This document shows, in pieces, positions 27,540 to 32,000 of a stretch of 32,000 nt of DNA. Numbering within the stretch: position 1 is the stretch's first letter; each line of letters opens with the position of its first letter. Source of the DNA: Alkalilimnicola ehrlichii MLHE-1 (lineage in GTDB: Bacteria; Pseudomonadota; Gammaproteobacteria; Nitrococcales; Halorhodospiraceae); assembly GCF_000014785.1 (NCBI RefSeq), contig NC_008340.1, forward strand, positions 2,520,001 through 2,552,000, read 5' to 3'. The translations under genes were made by a program, and so were the position numbers. A model generated the notes under the pieces. It was not told where the DNA came from, searched no databases, and saw only the letters and a list, made by a program, of their open reading frames with translations.

Positions 27540-28343
27540 TCAGGCCGTGGTGAACAACTCCTGCAGTGCATCCCCGGGCTGCGGCGAGCGCATAAAGGCC
27601 TCCCCCACCAGAAAGGCGTCCACCCCCGCAGCCCGCATGCGGGCCACATCCGCCGGGGTGTGAATACCGCTCTCAGTCACCAGCAGACTGCCCGCAGGCA
27701 CCTGATGCAACAGGTCGAGGGTGGTCTCGAGCCGGGTCTCGAAGGTCCGCAGGTCACGGTTGTTGATCCCCAGCAGGCGCGGCTTGAGTCGCGCGGCACG
27801 GGCCAATTCATCGGCGTCGTGCACCTCTACCAGCACATCCATGCCCAGCGACCCCGCCAGGTCGTGCAGTTCGGCCATGCGCCCGTCGTCCAGGGCGGCG
27901 GCGATCAACAGCACGCAGTCGGCGCCCAGCATCCGCGCCTCCAGCACCTGCCAGGGGTCGATGATGAAGTCCTTGCGCAACACCGGCAGACCGCAGGCGG
28001 CCCGGGCCACCCGCAGGTGCTCGTCGTCGCCCTGGAAGAAGTCGCAGTCGGTCAGCACCGACAGACAGGCGGCGCCGGCGGCCTCGTAGCCGCGGGCGAT
28101 GGTGGCCGGATCGTAGGGATCGCGGATCACCCCCTGGCTGGGAGAGGCCCGCTTGATCTCGGCAATCACCGCGGCCCGGCCGGTCGCCACCCGATCGGCC
28201 AGGGCCCGGGCGAAGCCCCGCGGCGGATCGGCCTCGGCAGCGCGGGCCGAGAGTTTCTCCAGCGGCAGCCGGGCCTGGCGCTCATCCACCTCCTCGGCCT
28301 TGCGGGCGAGGATCTTTTTCAGGATATCCGGGGTGCCGGCCAT
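27540..28343 (-). CDS. trpC: indole-3-glycerol-phosphate synthase
   Basis: The ATG at 28343 gives [19 protein letters not shown]... Contains the [10 protein letters not shown] and VLRKDFI motifs. The ORF-track extension would overlap trpD. Confidence 0.93.
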   Translation of the reverse strand: MAGTPDILKKILARKAEEVDERQARLPLEKLSARAAEADPPRGFARALADRVATGRAAVIAEIKRASPSQGVIRDPYDPATIARGYEAAGAACLSVLTDCDFFQGDDEHLRVARAACGLPVLRKDFIIDPWQVLEARMLGADCVLLIAAALDDGRMAELHDLAGSLGMDVLVEVHDADELARAARLKPRLLGINNRDLRTFETRLETTLDLLHQVPAGSLLVTESGIHTPADVARMRAAGVDAFLVGEAFMRSPQPGDALQELFTTA

Positions 28344-28345
28344 GG

Positions 28346-29371
28346 TCACACCTCCCGCGTGCAGCGCACAAAGGCCTCCAGCTTGCGCAGGGCCGAGCCG
28401 TTGCGCAGCAGTTCCGCGGCCCCGGCGACACCGGCATCCAGGGTCGGCGCCTTCTCGGCGGCGTAGAGTGCGGCGCCGGCATTGATGGCGATGATGTTGA
28501 AGGCCGGGCCCTCCCAACCGGCGAAGGCCTCGCGGATCAGGGCCAGGCTCTCCTCGGCCGTACCCACCTGCAGGTCGCTCAGCTCGGCCCGGGGCAGACC
28601 GAACTGCTCCGGGGTAATGCGGTACTCGTGGATCTCGCCCTCATTCAGCTCCGCCACCAGTGTGTCGCTGCCGATGCTGATCTCGTCCAGGCCATCGTCC
28701 GCATGCACCACCAGCACCCGGCGGCTGCCCAGCGCCCGCAGGGTCTCCGCCACCGGCACCACCCAGTGCTTGTTATAGACCCCCAGCAGCTGGTGCGGCG
28801 CGCCGGCCGGGTTGGTGAGCGGCCCGAGGATGTTGAACAGGGTCCGCACGCCCATCTCGCGGCGCGGCCCGATGGCGTGCTTCATGGCCGAATGGTGCTG
28901 CGGGGCGAACAGGAAACCCACGCCCACCCGGCGGATGCATTCGGCGACCTGATCGGCATTCAGGTCCAGCCGGGCGCCGGCCGCCTCCAGCACATCGGCA
29001 CTGCCGCAGCTCGAGGAGACCGATCGGTTGCCGTGCTTGGCCACCCGCGCACCACCGGCCGCCGCCACGAAGGCGCAGGCGGTGGAGACGTTGAGGGTGT
29101 GACTGGCGTCGCCACCGGTGCCGCAGGTGTCCAGCAGGTGCGGCTCGTCCACCGTCACCCGGGTGGCCAGCTCGCGCATCACCCGGGCGGCGGCGGTGAT
29201 CTCGGCCACGGTCTCGCCCTTCATGCGCAGGCCGATAAGAAAACCACCGATCTGCGCCGGGGTGGCCTCACCGGTCATGATCTGGCGCATGACCTCCGTC
29301 ATCTCCGCCTCGGTCAGGTCGGTGCCCTCGGTCACCAGCCGAATCGCGCCCTGCATGTCCATGGTCGTCAC
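28346..29371 (-). CDS. trpD: anthranilate phosphoribosyltransferase
   Basis: 341-aa ORF with the DTCGTGGD and KHGNRSVSS motifs. Confidence 0.95.
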   Translation of the reverse strand: MTTMDMQGAIRLVTEGTDLTEAEMTEVMRQIMTGEATPAQIGGFLIGLRMKGETVAEITAAARVMRELATRVTVDEPHLLDTCGTGGDASHTLNVSTACAFVAAAGGARVAKHGNRSVSSSCGSADVLEAAGARLDLNADQVAECIRRVGVGFLFAPQHHSAMKHAIGPRREMGVRTLFNILGPLTNPAGAPHQLLGVYNKHWVVPVAETLRALGSRRVLVVHADDGLDEISIGSDTLVAELNEGEIHEYRITPEQFGLPRAELSDLQVGTAEESLALIREAFAGWEGPAFNIIAINAGAALYAAEKAPTLDAGVAGAAELLRNGSALRKLEAFVRCTREV

Positions 29372-29946
29372 CCCTCGAGAAAGTTCTTCAGCAGTTCATG
29401 CCCCTGGCGGGTCAGGATGGATTCCGGGTGGAACTGCACCCCCTCCACCGGCAGCTCACGATGCCGCATGCCCATGATCTCGTCCAGCCGGCCGTCCGCC
29501 AGCGCCGTCCAGGCGGTGATCTCGAAGCACTCCGGCAGGGTCTCCCGGCGCACCACCAGGGAATGGTAGCGGGTGGCCTCCAGCGGGTTGTCCAGCCCGC
29601 GGAACACGCCCCGGCCGTTGTGGTGGATCGGCGAGGTCTTGCCGTGCATGACCTGGCGCGCCCGCACCACCTCGCCGCCGAAGGCCTGGCCGATGGCCTG
29701 ATGGCCGAGACAGACCCCGAGGATGGGCACAGTGCCGGCCAGCTCGCGCACCACCGCCAGCGAGACCCCCGCCTCGTTGGGGGTACAGGGCCCGGGCGAG
29801 AGCACAATGCGCTCGGGGGCCAACCGGCGGATCGCCGCCACGTCGATCTCGTCGTTACGGTAGACCGCCACCTCGGCACCGAGCTCGCCCAGGTACTGGA
29901 CCAGGTTCCAGGTGAAGGAGTCGTAGTTGTCGATCATCAACAGCAT
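29368..29946 (-). CDS. trpG: anthranilate synthase component II (glutamine amidotransferase)
   Basis: 192-aa [22 protein letters not shown]..., with the GVCLGHQ catalytic Cys and GVQFHPES. Confidence 0.94.
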   Translation of the reverse strand: MLLMIDNYDSFTWNLVQYLGELGAEVAVYRNDEIDVAAIRRLAPERIVLSPGPCTPNEAGVSLAVVRELAGTVPILGVCLGHQAIGQAFGGEVVRARQVMHGKTSPIHHNGRGVFRGLDNPLEATRYHSLVVRRETLPECFEITAWTALADGRLDEIMGMRHRELPVEGVQFHPESILTRQGHELLKNFLEG

Positions 29947-29949
29947 GGC

Positions 29950-31458
29950 TCAGTGCGCCTCCACCGCCGGTGGGTTATCCAGGCCGTGCTCGGCCATCTC
30001 CACGGCGCGGAACAGGGCGCGGCCCTTGTTCAGCGTCTCCTTCCACTCCAGCCGCGGCACCGAGTCGGCCACCACCCCAGCGCCCGCCTGCACGTACACC
30101 CGGCCGTCCTTGATCACCGCGGTGCGGATGGCGATGGCGGTATCCAGGTTGCCGGACCAGGACAGGTACCCCACCGCCCCCGAGTACACCCCCCGCTTGA
30201 CCGGCTCCACCTCGGCGATGATCTCCATGGCCCGTATCTTCGGCGCCCCGCTCACCGTACCCGCCGGGAAGGTAGCGCGCAGCACCTCCATGGGCCCCTG
30301 CCCGGGGCGCAGCCGCCCGGTGACGTTGGAGACGATATGCATGACGTGGGAGTAGCGCTCCACCACCATCCGCTCGGTGACCCGCACGCTGCCGGTGTCC
30401 GCCACCCGGCCCACGTCGTTGCGCCCCAGGTCGATGAGCATCAGGTGCTCAGCCAGCTCCTTGGGGTCACTGACCAGATCGGCCTCCAGGGCCAGGTCCT
30501 CGGCCTCGTCGTGGCCACGGCGTCGGGTACCGGCGATGGGCCGCACCGTCACCTGGTCGTCCTCCAGCCGCACCAGGATCTCCGGCGACGAGCCGGCCAC
30601 GTGGAAATCGCCCAGGTCCAGGTAATACATATAGGGGGAGGGATTGGTGCAGCGCAGCGCCCGGTAGAGGTCCAGCGGCTCCGCCCGGTAGGGCACCGAC
30701 ATGCGCTGGGAGGGCACCACCTGCATGCAGTCGCCGGCCAGGATGTACTCGCGGATACGCTCCACCACCGCCTCAAACTCCGGCTGGGTGAAGTTCGAGC
30801 GAAAGTCCGACTCCAGCACCCGCCGTGGAGGACGGCGCCGCTGGTAGACCGAGTCGGCGCGGCGCAGCCGCTCGGCCAGCTCCTCCAGGCGCGCCTGCCC
30901 GCGTGTCAGCGCCCCCTCGGCGGCCGGGTCCACCTGCACCACCAGGTAGAGGCGGCCGGCCAGGTTGTCGAAGACCAGCACCTCCTCGCTGACCATCAAC
31001 AGGATGTCGGGCACCTCCAGCTCGTCGCGGTTGGCCCGGCCGGCCAGGCGCGGCTCGATATACCCCACGGTCTCGTAGCCGAAGTAGCCCACCAGCCCGC
31101 CGAGAAAGCGGGGCATCTGCGGAAAGCCGGGCGGATCGGCCGCCTTGAAGCGGGCCTGGTAGGCCTCGATCCAGGCCAGCGGATCGTCCACCGGGATGCG
31201 TTCCACCACCCGGTCATCCTCGCTGACCTCCACCTCCTGGCCCCATACCCGCAGCACCGTGCGGCAAGGCAGGCCGATGATGGAATAACGGCCCCACTTC
31301 TCACCGCCCTGGACCGACTCGAACAAATAGGAATAGGGCCCCTGGGCCAGCTTCAGGTAGGTGGACAGCGGGGTGTCCAGATCGGCGAGGATCTCCCGCA
31401 CCAGCGGGACGCGGTTGTAGCCGGCCTCGGCCAGTTCACGCAGTTGTTCCGGTTGCAT
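29950..31458 (-). CDS. trpE: anthranilate synthase component I
   Basis: The ATG at 31458 gives [19 protein letters not shown]...[25 protein letters not shown], collinear with Pseudomonas TrpE as I recall it. The 30-codon upstream extension was rejected. Confidence 0.95.
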   Translation of the reverse strand: MQPEQLRELAEAGYNRVPLVREILADLDTPLSTYLKLAQGPYSYLFESVQGGEKWGRYSIIGLPCRTVLRVWGQEVEVSEDDRVVERIPVDDPLAWIEAYQARFKAADPPGFPQMPRFLGGLVGYFGYETVGYIEPRLAGRANRDELEVPDILLMVSEEVLVFDNLAGRLYLVVQVDPAAEGALTRGQARLEELAERLRRADSVYQRRRPPRRVLESDFRSNFTQPEFEAVVERIREYILAGDCMQVVPSQRMSVPYRAEPLDLYRALRCTNPSPYMYYLDLGDFHVAGSSPEILVRLEDDQVTVRPIAGTRRRGHDEAEDLALEADLVSDPKELAEHLMLIDLGRNDVGRVADTGSVRVTERMVVERYSHVMHIVSNVTGRLRPGQGPMEVLRATFPAGTVSGAPKIRAMEIIAEVEPVKRGVYSGAVGYLSWSGNLDTAIAIRTAVIKDGRVYVQAGAGVVADSVPRLEWKETLNKGRALFRAVEMAEHGLDNPPAVEAH

Positions 31459-31572
31459 GTTGACTCTCCAGGTAATGCAAGACGTGACTCCCTCCGTGCG
31501 CGCCGGGGCCTCACCATCGACGGCGGGCCCGGCGCTGCCGGGGCACATCCACCCTGGAGAGCAGCGCCCCCA

Positions 31573-32000
31573 TCAGGCCGCCCGACTGCGCAGCATGGCG
31601 GGGATTTCCGCCAGGCTCTTGACCATGGCATCGGGGAAGGCGTCCTCGATGGCATTGCCGGCGTTATAACCGTAGGGCACGCAGATCACCTTCATGCCGG
31701 TGTTGCGGGCCGCGCCCACGTCCACCGCCGAGTCGCCCACCATCAACGCCTGTGCGGGCTCCACCCCCAGCCGCTCCAGGGCCAGACGCAGCGGGGCCGG
31801 ATCGGGCTTTTTCACCGGGGCGCACTCGCCGCCCACCACCGTCGCCATATAGCGGCGGATGCCCAGGGTCTCCAACAGCGGCTCGGCAAACCGGCGCGGC
31901 TTGTTGGTCACCACCGCCTGGGCGATACCCAGCTCGGCCACCCCGGCGATGCCCTCGGCCACGCCGGGGTAGAGGCGACTGCGCTCGGCCACCCGCTCAC
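31573..32000 (-). CDS. gph: phosphoglycolate phosphatase (HAD family); 5' part lies outside the window
   Basis: The frame stays open to the window edge. Sequence ...VVTNKPRRFAEPLLETLGI...VGDSAVDVGAARNTGM... The gph-trpE adjacency matches Pseudomonas (from memory). Confidence 0.85.
   Translation of the reverse strand, partial: ERVAERSRLYPGVAEGIAGVAELGIAQAVVTNKPRRFAEPLLETLGIRRYMATVVGGECAPVKKPDPAPLRLALERLGVEPAQALMVGDSAVDVGAARNTGMKVICVPYGYNAGNAIEDAFPDAMVKSLAEIPAMLRSRAA

Overview
This is a very GC-rich window (judged by eye, not computed) of tightly packed core chromosome, most likely from a gammaproteobacterium. A Chromatiales/Ectothiorhodospiraceae-like or Pseudomonas-like gene order is my inference only.

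About 90% of the window is housekeeping genes arranged in blocks whose order I recognise from memory:
- degS/algW-like 3' end, then hisC-hisD-hisG-murA-ibaG-mlaBCDEF on the minus strand.
- yrbG-kdsD-kdsC-lptC-lptA-lptB-rpoN-hpf-ptsN-rapZ-npr on the plus strand.
- purK-purE.
- An isolated phaC placed divergently to rsmJ.
- tRNA-Gln, rpsI and rplM.
- fdx-speD, an OsmC-like gene and crp/vfr.
- trpC-trpD-trpG-trpE and the 3' part of gph.

I see no cas genes, transposase, integrase, reverse transcriptase, toxin-antitoxin pair or any recognisable defence or secretion module.

The gene map leaves one thing unexplained: a family of GC-rich, modular, palindromic intergenic repeats. They are punctuated by the core CTCGCGATGACGGGG and its near-inverse CCGTCACTGCGAG, and they occupy two gaps between convergent genes.
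- The larger cluster (22303-23680) contains 12 head-to-tail, near-identical 97-bp units, including an exact 291-bp higher-order duplication.
- The smaller cluster (18975-19545) mixes 78-bp, 30-bp and about 61-bp modules of the same family.
- Together the two clusters bracket phaC-rsmJ.

This repeat system is the best candidate for something undescribed here. It is not a CRISPR array, and the ladder of 75-aa ORFs across it is an artefact.

Secondary and more speculative items are a possible about 90-nt sRNA or long 3' UTR upstream of rplM, a Trp-terminated mini-ORF in the trpE leader, a possibly leaderless yrbG, and two small orphan ORFs.
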